From an uncultured archaeon (GTDB lineage Archaea; Thermoplasmatota; Poseidoniia; MGIII; CG-Epi1): DNA of 42,312 nt. The stretch covers positions 1 to 42,312 of the forward strand of contig CAZYZI010000003.1 in assembly GCA_964651915.1 (NCBI GenBank), read 5' to 3'. The position numbers and the translations under genes are program-made. The notes under the pieces are model-generated. The model did not search any database. It was not told where the DNA came from and saw only the letters and a program-made list of their open reading frames with translations. Positions 26,845 to 37,000 of the stretch are shown here, in pieces. How positions within the stretch are numbered: position 1 is the stretch's first letter; each line of letters starts with the position of its first letter.

Positions 26845-29800
26845 TTAATTAGGCTTCCGACGCATACACAATGCGACAACTGCAATAGATATGAGGGCTA
26901 TTGGTAAATTTGGTGAAGGTATTAATCCAGTTTTCTTTTCAGATTTGAAACTAGCTGAAACAGATAGATTATTATTATCTACAATAATTTCTCCATCAGG
27001 TACATACGCTATAACTTCAAAATGTCGCAACCCTGCAATTGACAACCATTCAAAGTTAAAAATTTGAGAATCATTAGGTTTTATGCTATAAGACCACGTG
27101 TTGACAATTTCTCCTTCAATAAGTAGGTCTACAGTTCCAATTGCTTCTTGTCCATTGTATACACTTGTTTGATAGGTTTCATTATAATTAGTAAGAATGA
27201 ATTCAATATTCTGTTTTTTACCAGTTTCTTTTGAGCCCTTGATTTCAATAGATTCAACATAAATATCTACCCAACCCAAAACTTCCACATTGCTAATATT
27301 CGTTCTAAAATTACCCATTTCATCAGTTAATTGGTATTCTAGAACCATAGTTCCAGTATATTCTACTTCAAATATAATATTGAAATTAGCACCTTGGTCT
27401 TCGTATAATAAAACAGCTCTTTCAGTTCCTTCTATGTCATAAACTGTTATTTTTAGAGTATCTATAACAGCTTCACTTTCCTCATCATATGCGTTTAGAT
27501 ATACTTCAAAATCTTCACCATACCTTGGGTTCTTGGGGAAAGTATTCATTATCCCCCAAGGTTTGTAATCAGCATAAAATTCCATTTCATAATAACCAAT
27601 TCCAACAGGTTCTTGGAAAACCGTTAAATTGATAGTATGGGTTCCACCAGTTTCAATAAGTGTGGTAATTATTTCATCAGTTCCTGCAAGTTCATCACCA
27701 TCCAGTAACCATCTGTAGTTTAATTCAAGTTCTTTCTCATTAATTGATTCAGAACCATTCCAGAATCCTGCTGATTTAGAAGAATTAAAGGTAAGCCACT
27801 GACCTTCATTAATATTCTGGTCAAATTCAAAATAGGCATGTGGATTATCATAGACAAATATTGGCATTGAGAAATTTTCGGTCCATAAATCTGTTTCAAT
27901 GTCTCTTCCAGATACTTTGAGGAGGTATTCACCTTGTAACCATTCAGTCCAATCGAGTTCTAATGAATCATTAATATTGTTGTAATTAAGGAACGGATAG
28001 GTATTTTCTATCTTTAATTTCTCAACATTCCACATGTAAAAATTAAATTCGCCGTTTTCAGAGATAGTTTGAAGTTTTACATTATCTCCTTTTGCTACGT
28101 TTGTATATTCTTCCCAATCACTAATAGTCAAAGAAGGTACATTTTCAGCAATAATGGTAAATGTTTCACTATTTTCTCCTCCCCTAATATCTAATACTCT
28201 CAATTCTAAGGTTGTTTGCTCTGTAAAAATAAATTCTATTGTTTCTCCAGATAAACTTTCTTCATTTATAGTCCAAAAGAAATCTAAGTCATCTCCTTCA
28301 TTATCAAAAGTTGTACTTCCATCAATAATTATTGTTCGATCCTTAGGTACTTTCCATTCCCTATTGCCTAAATTTATACCATCAGGGATGCGTATGGCTG
28401 GACTAGGTGGTGCATTATCAACCTCAATTTCAATTGTGGTTGAATTTACGCCATTTTGGTCATCAGTTACTGAAAGAATGACCGAATATATTCCAGGCAA
28501 ATTAAATTGATGTTGAGGATTTTGTGAATCAGAGGTTGTCCCATCACCAAAGTCCCAATTCCATTGTTCAATTTCTCCATCGTCGTCATAAGATAAATCA
28601 TTAAATCCAAATATTAACATCGTATTTCCACTATCTGGATTTATTTCAAAATTTACAATAGGTAATTTGTTTATGACTTCAATAGTGTAGTATATTGTGG
28701 TAATGTCATTTAGATCATCTATTATTTTTAATGAGACATTGTACAATCCTGAATTTTTGTATTCATGCTCAGCTAAAGCTTGATTTGAGGTGTATCCATC
28801 ATCAAAATTCCAGTAAAAGAATTCAACATCTCCATCAACATCATAGGAGTCAGAGGCATCAAATGTTATTGTTTCCCCAAGCATAATTGTCAATTTAGAT
28901 ATTTCGACAACAGCAATTGGAGGTTTATTTACAAAAATACTAAGTATCATAGAATCACAAAGATCGTTGTTATCGCAAACAGTTAGTTTTACTTCATAGG
29001 TTCCATTTTGAGTAAAAATATGCGTTGGATTATCCATGTAGGCAAAATCACCATCACCAAAATCCCAGGTATAACTGACAATGTTTCCGTCTTCATCCCA
29101 TGATTCATTTCCATAAAATTGGAGTTCTAAACCTTCAGCTATAACAGCTTCATCAGCATCAGCAACGGCGTGTGGTTTTGATAGAAAACTAACATCAATG
29201 ATTATATTGTCTCCATTAATTTCTATGTTTTCAATTTTCCATCCAGATTCAGTTCCATTATATGCTAGCGAATTAGGATAAGTATCTTTTGAAAAAGTCC
29301 CTGAATTGTAGGGATCTCCACTATCTCCATAATTTGTTTTTGAGTCAAGATCATCCTCTCCATCAGCTTCTTCTAAATCAACGCCTTTGTGTTCTTCATC
29401 ATTATTTACGCTGTTTGAATTCCATTTAGAGTTAAGAATATCTTCATCAATGTGCCAGATTAATAATCCTTCGCTAGGTAAGTAGGCATCATATTTTATT
29501 TTTTGCCGATTTTCTAGCAAATAATATTCATTAGAATTTGACCAATTTCCAGGTATAGGCAGAAGGTATACATCCCCATCATTTTCGATAGGCCTTAATT
29601 CTAGATTATTAATATCATCTGTAATCACAATTGGTTCAACCCATCCAAGCCAGTATCTTGACCAAGCACTCATGTATACTGGTGTTTCACCATTATTCCC
29701 CCATGATCCAGAGGCCATGATGCCCCAGTCTCCAATCCCTGCAGATGAGCCATCTGTATCATATAAATCCGGTAATCCTAATTCGTGTCCGAATTCATGA

Positions 29801-30351
29801 CACCATACTCCTAGGGGGTTATTTTCACCAACTATTGTTTCATATTCGGGTGCTTGGGTAATTCTTTTTATTACAAATCCATCATCTTCAGTTCCAATAT
29901 TTGCGCTTGGCCAGTGTATTGACCAAACGTCATCGCTGTTTCCACTTGATTCCTCACCAGGTCCGGAATGAATAACCATTACGGCGTCATAATTTCTATA
30001 ATCAATATCATCATCAGCAATTTCTACACTATCCCTTACAAATTCTAAATTTTCATCACCATAATCAGCAGCATCTCCATCTAGTGTGTATGGCCCATAT
30101 ATATCCCCTTGAATATTTAATTGGCTCCTTGAGACTTCATCAAAATATTCCCACATAGAATTTGTTTCTCCAAAAGCTAAATCTTCGAAGTAGTCTTGAT
30201 CATGTTCAGTTTGATATGCTTGATCTTCGAATTCAGAAAGAATAAATGCTACTTCAATAGTTCCAGTAGTAGGTGAAGCTTCACTACTTCCTAATATTAA
30301 TAAACTAAGACATAAAAATCCTGTTAGAGTGAGTAGTGACCTCCTAAACAT
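26845..30351 (-). CDS. Cell-surface M6 (immune inhibitor A-like) metalloprotease with PKD repeats, CARDB-like domain and C-terminal anchor
   Basis: Signal peptide; HEFGHELGLPDLYD zinc site; Met-turn WGIMASGSW; EYYLLENRQ; GLLIWHIDE; WDFGDG PKD repeats; C-terminal TM followed by RRK. Confidence 0.92.
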   Translation of the reverse strand: MFRRSLLTLTGFLCLSLLILGSSEASPTTGTIEVAFILSEFEDQAYQTEHDQDYFEDLAFGETNSMWEYFDEVSRSQLNIQGDIYGPYTLDGDAADYGDENLEFVRDSVEIADDDIDYRNYDAVMVIHSGPGEESSGNSDDVWSIHWPSANIGTEDDGFVIKRITQAPEYETIVGENNPLGVWCHEFGHELGLPDLYDTDGSSAGIGDWGIMASGSWGNNGETPVYMSAWSRYWLGWVEPIVITDDINNLELRPIENDGDVYLLPIPGNWSNSNEYYLLENRQKIKYDAYLPSEGLLIWHIDEDILNSKWNSNSVNNDEEHKGVDLEEADGEDDLDSKTNYGDSGDPYNSGTFSKDTYPNSLAYNGTESGWKIENIEINGDNIIIDVSFLSKPHAVADADEAVIAEGLELQFYGNESWDEDGNIVSYTWDFGDGDFAYMDNPTHIFTQNGTYEVKLTVCDNNDLCDSMILSIFVNKPPIAVVEISKLTIMLGETITFDASDSYDVDGDVEFFYWNFDDGYTSNQALAEHEYKNSGLYNVSLKIIDDLNDITTIYYTIEVINKLPIVNFEINPDSGNTMLIFGFNDLSYDDDGEIEQWNWDFGDGTTSDSQNPQHQFNLPGIYSVILSVTDDQNGVNSTTIEIEVDNAPPSPAIRIPDGINLGNREWKVPKDRTIIIDGSTTFDNEGDDLDFFWTINEESLSGETIEFIFTEQTTLELRVLDIRGGENSETFTIIAENVPSLTISDWEEYTNVAKGDNVKLQTISENGEFNFYMWNVEKLKIENTYPFLNYNNINDSLELDWTEWLQGEYLLKVSGRDIETDLWTENFSMPIFVYDNPHAYFEFDQNINEGQWLTFNSSKSAGFWNGSESINEKELELNYRWLLDGDELAGTDEIITTLIETGGTHTINLTVFQEPVGIGYYEMEFYADYKPWGIMNTFPKNPRYGEDFEVYLNAYDEESEAVIDTLKITVYDIEGTERAVLLYEDQGANFNIIFEVEYTGTMVLEYQLTDEMGNFRTNISNVEVLGWVDIYVESIEIKGSKETGKKQNIEFILTNYNETYQTSVYNGQEAIGTVDLLIEGEIVNTWSYSIKPNDSQIFNFEWLSIAGLRHFEVIAYVPDGEIIVDNNNLSVSASFKSEKKTGLIPSPNLPIALISIAVVALCMRRKPN

Positions 30352-30383
30352 AGTATCTTAATCTAAATAACCGATATTAAACT

Positions 30384-31400
30384 TCAGTCTGAAACAAAAC
30401 CCAGAGGGTCTGATAGAATATTATCTCTAGCAGAATGTGTAATTTTAACAGGTTTTTCACCGAAGAAGACCTCGTTATTATTCCTCATAGTTTCAAGAGT
30501 GCCAACACCCATAGCAAAATTGACTGCAGCTCCAGCCCTAAATCCAGCATATTCGTCAGGTATTGCATTTAGATAAGCTTTGACAGGTTCTATGTGCTGG
30601 CAGGCATTATCTAGCATTGCATCTAATATTTCCATGGTTTTTACCTCATGTTCTTCTAATAAAAGATCAGGAGGCGTTAAATTATATTTTTCAAATAAGA
30701 ATGCTGGCCAAAATATTTTCTCATTATCTAAAATATCTTCGCGGAAGTCACGAATAATATTAACTTTTTGCAGGAAGAGTCCAAAGTCTCTTTCATTTTC
30801 TATTAATATTTGTGAATCTTCTTCTGAAAGATCCTTTGATCGTGTTCTTATTAATTCAGTTAGGAATCCAGATGGAGTACCTGCTACATAATAACAATAT
30901 TCATTCAAGTCTTCAAAAGAATAAACTTCTTGTTTCAAGAATTTTTGCATTCCAAAGTTCATCTCTTTTAACCATCTTACCATACACTCCTTTGTTTTTT
31001 CATCAAAGCTATCATGCACAGTTAGTACCCTTTCCATATTTTTTACTAAATCACGGTATTGAGGATTAGCTACCATTTCATCTGCAGAAGATACTAATTC
31101 TTTGGCTTTTTCTTTTGCAGAGATACTACTTGGACTTTCTAGAACTTCCATTAGCATGTTCATAGAGTGTATTCTTTCTTCTAAACTAATTTCTCTTCTA
31201 CCTATATCATCTTCAAAGGTATCGAGAATTCGAGCTTCTAAATATCCAACCATAATTGGGGCTAAAATATTTTCTTCTACTAAGGGAATAGTCAAGGCAA
31301 ATGAACGAGATACAGATTGAAGAGCACCTTTACAATAATCCATGCTCTCTTGGAGTACTTCTCCAGTTTTGCTTTTGACGGCTCCGTACAGGGATGGCAT
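30384..31400 (-). CDS. Squalene/phytoene synthase family protein (SQS-like)
   Basis: VSRSFALTI, YL.ARILDTFEDD, YCYYVAG, GLFLQKVNIIRDFRED. Confidence 0.88.
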   Translation of the reverse strand: MPSLYGAVKSKTGEVLQESMDYCKGALQSVSRSFALTIPLVEENILAPIMVGYLEARILDTFEDDIGRREISLEERIHSMNMLMEVLESPSSISAKEKAKELVSSADEMVANPQYRDLVKNMERVLTVHDSFDEKTKECMVRWLKEMNFGMQKFLKQEVYSFEDLNEYCYYVAGTPSGFLTELIRTRSKDLSEEDSQILIENERDFGLFLQKVNIIRDFREDILDNEKIFWPAFLFEKYNLTPPDLLLEEHEVKTMEILDAMLDNACQHIEPVKAYLNAIPDEYAGFRAGAAVNFAMGVGTLETMRNNNEVFFGEKPVKITHSARDNILSDPLGFVSD

Positions 31401-31467
31401 AGTTATCTCGTATTCGGACTACATAAATTGACGAAGTATATTTAAAAGTAGCTTTTCCTGTCGTCTA

Positions 31468-32229
31468 ATGAAATCATTGTACAGTATGCCTGAAAAAAAA
31501 GCTAAAAAAATTAAGGCATTACTATTTGATTTGGATGGTACTTTTGTTAGCGATGATAAAATTGTTAGTAAGGCCTATGAAAGTTTAGAAAACCTTCATA
31601 ATTCTGGTGTTAAAACTATAGCAGTTACTGGTAGACCTGCAGGTTGGTGCGATTTGATGGCTCGTTGGTGGCCAATTGATGCAGTTGTAGGGGAAAATGG
31701 AGCTTTTTTCTATAAAAAAATGGATAATAAAATAGTTAGAGAGACCTATCATCCTCTAGATACCTATTCTAATTGTCAAGAAAAGTTGGAATCTCTATTT
31801 GGTAAGTTATTAAAAAAATATGATTATCTTAAATTAGCCTCAGATCAACCATTTAGGCATTGGGACCTTGCAATAGATATATCAGAGGAAACAAATATTC
31901 CAATGGAAATTGCAATTGATATTGTAGATTTTTGTCACAATAATGGTGCTAGAGCTGCGATATCTAATATTCATGTAAACATTTGGTTTGGAGATTATAA
32001 CAAAGAAACAATGTCGTTGAAAGTTCTAGATAACCTTGGCATAATGAAGGATAATTGTGTTTACATCGGTGATTCTCCAAACGACTCACCGATGTTTGAT
32101 TGTTTTCCTTTATCTGTAGGTGTTAAATCTGTTCAAAATTATAAAGATATAATGGATAACCTTCCTGAGTACATTACAGATGAAGATGGTGCCACCGGAT
32201 TTATAGAATTAGTTAAATTTATTTCTTAG
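31468..32229 (+). CDS. HAD-IIB family hydrolase
   Basis: FDLDGT, VTGRPAGWCD, VVGENGA, SNIHVN.WFG.Y.K, IGDSPNDSPMF. Confidence 0.88.
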   Translation: MKSLYSMPEKKAKKIKALLFDLDGTFVSDDKIVSKAYESLENLHNSGVKTIAVTGRPAGWCDLMARWWPIDAVVGENGAFFYKKMDNKIVRETYHPLDTYSNCQEKLESLFGKLLKKYDYLKLASDQPFRHWDLAIDISEETNIPMEIAIDIVDFCHNNGARAAISNIHVNIWFGDYNKETMSLKVLDNLGIMKDNCVYIGDSPNDSPMFDCFPLSVGVKSVQNYKDIMDNLPEYITDEDGATGFIELVKFIS

Positions 32230-32698
32230 ACCAAGTTATTCCGCTTTGGTTTTGGTAATTCCCACTTCTTTCAGAGTACAAAGAGGTTGCAGGCCCAGTC
32301 ATCATTTCAAAGACCATTTGGGCAAAAGTTTCTCCAGCAATGAGTTTTACATCTTCATCTCCCGAGTTGAATCCTAATAGAGTTAATGTTCCGTCAAAGC
32401 CTGAATCAATTTTCCCAAAACTACACACAATTCCTTTTCGAGCCCAACTAGTTCTTAGCCATAATTGCGCACATACATTAGGTCCACATGCTATACGCTC
32501 TTTTGTAGAAACTGCAAATCTTTTACCAGGGGGAATAATTAATTCTCCCTTTGAGGTAGCCTGAGTATTAGGTATTTCTATTTCTTCTATAGTCAAATCA
32601 TAACCATTTGGCGTCAGATTTTCGCCATTGAATGGTTCAATTTCTAATTCGCCAACATCTAGTGCAGAAAGTATGGCTTCATCAGATAAAACAGTCAT
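32219..32698 (-). CDS. dcd: dCTP deaminase / dUTPase family
   Basis: VLSD..I, PNGYDLT, LRTSWARKG, IDSGFDGTLTL, FAQMVF, SGNYQNQ.G. Confidence 0.85.
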   Translation of the reverse strand: MTVLSDEAILSALDVGELEIEPFNGENLTPNGYDLTIEEIEIPNTQATSKGELIIPPGKRFAVSTKERIACGPNVCAQLWLRTSWARKGIVCSFGKIDSGFDGTLTLLGFNSGDEDVKLIAGETFAQMVFEMMTGPATSLYSERSGNYQNQSGITWSKK

Positions 32699-32700
32699 TT

Positions 32701-33975
32701 TTATTCTCTTATTTCTGAAAGGAACTTTTCAGCAACATCAGCTCTAACTGTTCCAGAGCGTTTTAACATTTCTGCCACTTTATCTATTTCTTCATTTTTA
32801 GCACCAGCTTGTACTGCTAGATTTCTAGCATGAAGCCCCATATGTCCTCTTTGAATACCTTCTGAAGCTAAAGCTCTCAGAGCACCTAAATTCTGACATA
32901 ATCCCACTGCACAAATAATCTGAGATAATTCAGAAGCCCCCCCTGGAATCTTAACATCTAATATTTTTACACAGGCTTTTGCAGTTGGATGAGTAGCTGT
33001 GGCTCCCCCAACTAAACCTACTGCCATTGGAATCTCTATAGTTCCTTCAAGATTTCCGTCTTTTGTTTTCTTCCAATTAGTAAATGAATCATGTCCCTCT
33101 TTCCATTGTCCATATGTATGAGCTCCAGATTCTATAGCTCTCCAATCATTTCCTGTGGCTATTACTACAGGATCAATTCCATTCATTATTCCTTTATTAT
33201 GTGTTGCAACTCTAAAAGGATCTGCGCATGCAAACGCAAATGCTTCAATTATACCATCTACAACTTCTTCTCCTCCAAGAAATTCAGCAGGCCAAACAGC
33301 CTTTGCTCTAGTTTTTCTATAAATTGCTAAGTTTGAAATAATTCTTAGGTAAACTCTTCCTCCAGTTATAGTTTCTAATCTTGGAGCTACAGCTTCTGCC
33401 ATGGTATTAACGGCGTTAGCTCCCATAGCATCACGACAATCTACCAGAAGGTGGGTGATTACCATTGGTCCTGTATCCGAATCTAGAACTCTGACTTCTA
33501 TGTCTTTGCAGCCTCCTCCAAATTTGACTAAGATTGGGTCTTGCTCATTTGCTAAATTAATAATTTCATCTCTTTTAGCTTTTATTTTATCTTTTGCTGC
33601 GAAGGGATCTTCTAGATTAACTAATTGTATTTGTCCAATCATAACAGGATCATCAGAATCGGCTTTGATTCCACCAGTATTTCTTGTACCTTTAGCCATA
33701 TGCGTTGCAGCAGCAACGACAGACGGTTCTTCAACAGCCATTGGAACCATATATTCTTTTTTATTTACCATAAAATTAGCCGCAATTCCAAGAGGTAAGG
33801 GAAATGTTCCAACAACATTCTCTATCATTCTATTTGCTGTTTCTTCACCTAATGCGCCGTAGCCTCCTATTGCAGCAGTTTCCTCATGTGAAAGGTTAGC
33901 AAAATTCTTAACATATTCCAATCTTTCAGATGGTTTTTTCTTGTAAAAGCCAGGTACTTCTGAACTCGAAGTCAT
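32701..33975 (-). CDS. HMG-CoA reductase, class II (bacterial type)
   Basis: MIENVVG, PMAVEEPSVVAA, DAMGAN.VNT..E, THNKGIMNG, GNDWRA.E, ALRAL.SEGIQRGHM.LHAR. Confidence 0.94.
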   Translation of the reverse strand: MTSSSEVPGFYKKKPSERLEYVKNFANLSHEETAAIGGYGALGEETANRMIENVVGTFPLPLGIAANFMVNKKEYMVPMAVEEPSVVAAATHMAKGTRNTGGIKADSDDPVMIGQIQLVNLEDPFAAKDKIKAKRDEIINLANEQDPILVKFGGGCKDIEVRVLDSDTGPMVITHLLVDCRDAMGANAVNTMAEAVAPRLETITGGRVYLRIISNLAIYRKTRAKAVWPAEFLGGEEVVDGIIEAFAFACADPFRVATHNKGIMNGIDPVVIATGNDWRAIESGAHTYGQWKEGHDSFTNWKKTKDGNLEGTIEIPMAVGLVGGATATHPTAKACVKILDVKIPGGASELSQIICAVGLCQNLGALRALASEGIQRGHMGLHARNLAVQAGAKNEEIDKVAEMLKRSGTVRADVAEKFLSEIRE

Positions 33976-34014
33976 AAATGCCTAAGCAAGTATTCCTTAA
34001 AGATAGTTGTGTGA

Positions 34015-37000
34015 TTAAAGCGGGGAATCTCCGAGAGTCCCGCAGTATGGGCACATGACTTCCTTATCCTCTTCATCTACTTCAAATTCTTTCATACAAC
34101 CTTTATCACATACAAACATTAATTGTCTGGAGAATTGACTTCCAGAGACAACACTAAATGTTTTTTCTTCCTCAGGTACATTTAAGCCATCTTTTACATC
34201 TCCTGTATTATCAACAGGAATTAAAACAGGCCCATCAGGAATAATTTCTTCTTTATTTCCCCTAATTAGATATGAGGCCCCATATATGGCGATTGAACCT
34301 AAAACAACGGCGGCAACACCATATGCGTAAAGATTATCATTTGATTTAGTTTCAGCTTCAAATACTTCTTTTACTTCAGCTTCAATAATAACTCTGATAT
34401 GTTCATCCTTCATATTAGGATTGGAGTATCCCATTCTATCCACAGAAACTATCCGGTAGTAGTGGAATCCGCTAGTCAAATTTACTAATTTGTAATTCAA
34501 GGTATTTGTGTTGTTTGAGTACACTGTTTCGAGAGCTACCCATGGCATACTGAAATTATCTTTACTTTCTATTATGAAACTGGTTGCATCTGTAGGTCGA
34601 TCCCAAGTAATTATGACATTATTCCGTTCTTCTATAGCATATTCTATATTTTGGACAGCCTCAGGAGGAGTTTCATCTATTGTAGTTTCTAAATCAAAAG
34701 CTTTGTAAATTAAATTAATAGTTGAATTTTTAGGAGGTTGATAGCCATCTTGTCCATCTCCAAGAATTATCTCGCCTTTGTCATAATCGACCCAATATTG
34801 ATTTGCTTTCATTGCACTCAAATCAATGCCAGTATATTCTTCAAGTGTTTTTTCGAATATACCATCACCATCTTCATCTGCTGTTATTTCAATATTGCGA
34901 ATTTTACCAATCATAATTGGTTTAAGAGGTAAAACAGGCAGTTCTATTTTTTCGGTATAATTTGAGTCAATGAAAAGAGTATATTGGTAAGAATCTCTTG
35001 TATATTCATTTCCAGCTAAATCAACAGGATTTGCTCTGAAATAGTAGGTATAACCATCAATTAAGGGGCTAACTACTATTTCATCACCATTCCATTCAGA
35101 TTCTATAGGAATCCAGGTTAGTACATCTTCCGTTCCTTCTGAGAGCCTAGCATATTCTAAATTTATGTTACTTAAATTTTCATTGGTCGATTTAATACTT
35201 ATAATCAGTTCACTTGAACCAGTTAATTTGTCCACTGAATTTAATACAAGTTCAGGTCTCATTCTATCGAATGTTATTGTGACATCACTAATCACTTTGA
35301 GTTCTTTATTTCCTGCGTAATCGATAGTTCTTGAACGAATTTCATATTGGGCATCTCCCTCAGGTGAGAACCAATATTCTCCAGGTGAGGTAAATGCTCC
35401 AAAGTCATTCCAAGTATCATTCCCTACAATTTTGTACTCAATTAGATAGGCCTGTATATCAACAGTATCATTCGCTTTCCATTGAAGAGTCACACCTTCA
35501 AAGTTAGTATATTGTAAATCACCTTCTACTATCCAGAGAGTTGATTTAGGCAGTTCTAAGTCAATACGCATTTCAGTATCATAAGTTCCTTTGTATTCTA
35601 TATTTCCATTGCTATCTACTGCAATTGATTTGAACCTGTAAGTAAGGCCTCCTTCTCCAGTGAAATTTAGAGACTCTTTTTCATAAAACCCGTGTAATGT
35701 CCACTCTCCTAAATTACTTCCATTCTTTTCTAAATAATAGATGTAGTATCCCTCTAAGTCCTCAAAGTCAGAAATACTTCTCCATTTTACTTCAAAAGTT
35801 GAACTATTACGATAAAATCCTTCTTCTAATACTCTAGAGGTAGGGGCGGTGGCATCTAAGTATAGTGGAATGTTAGTTGTTTGTGTTTTGTATTTCCATA
35901 GGTTTGCTTGTGGAAATGTCATCATAATTTCTTGATCGAACCATTGAGTATTTGTAGGATTAGATACAATACTAGCAATTACGTTTGGCCCTTCATTTAG
36001 ATAGTTTATGTAAACCTGAAATTCTTCATTCCAATATTCGGCACCATGGCCCCCCCCTCCATCTATGTCTCCAAAGACGTAGATTCCATTAATGTAATGA
36101 TCTCCGTAATTATTGGTTGCAACATTAATAGTCATGAAACCTCCTTCGTAGAGGCCCATGTCAGGAATATCTACTATATGTCTGAAATAACCATAATTGT
36201 TTCCATCCCAAAAAGTATTGTAGTCTATTCCACCTAAATCATCATCACCAAAAGGTGTGCTACCATCCTTCCATGCAGAATCATTAAAATTTAGTTTTGT
36301 CCAATTAGTATCACCATATAACTCTTCATCACCAGTAGAATTAATCCATCTCCAATCAACATTTTCGTATGTTCCTCTTTGTAACAATGCTTGTGTTTTT
36401 ACATAGTTATATTGACTTTCGGTTTTTATTGATAAGTTGTAATATCCATCTTCGTATGAATCAGGGACAACTGCAGTTACAATAACTGTTTGGATTTCGT
36501 TCGGATTAATAAGGAAATTATTTGGTGTAAATTGGACATTCCAATTGTTAAATATGTCGTCATCAATTGAAAGTGTTATGTTATCAATTAAATCTCCTGT
36601 ATTTTCTATTTGGATTATTTTAGTCACGAGTCTACTTTGATTTATGATTAAAATATTATCATCTAATGTAGTTTCTAAGGAATATACAACGGCCGTTAAA
36701 TTCAAAATGTATTCGTTATTAGTCAAATTCGAATCACTGCAATTACACGTAACTTTAACCTGTAACTGATTAAGACCAATTTCAGCAGGCGTCCATTCTA
36801 GCCAAGAAAACCCATACCCTTCTGCAGGTATAGTATCATAAAATATATTATCGATTAAAGTGCCATTTGAAGTAATATTTAGGTTAAATTCATTTACCAC
36901 AGTGTCTCCCTTATTCCCTCCAGTTATTCCAACTAAAACAGTGTCCCCAAATATTACAGACTCATTTGTTGATTCGAACACTTGGGCAGTTATCTGCAAA

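Noticed and set aside
28300-29150. Repeated CCATCACCAAA.TCCCA-type DNA similarity
   Set aside because: Explained by PKD domain repeats (WDFGDG) in the protease, not an independent DNA repeat
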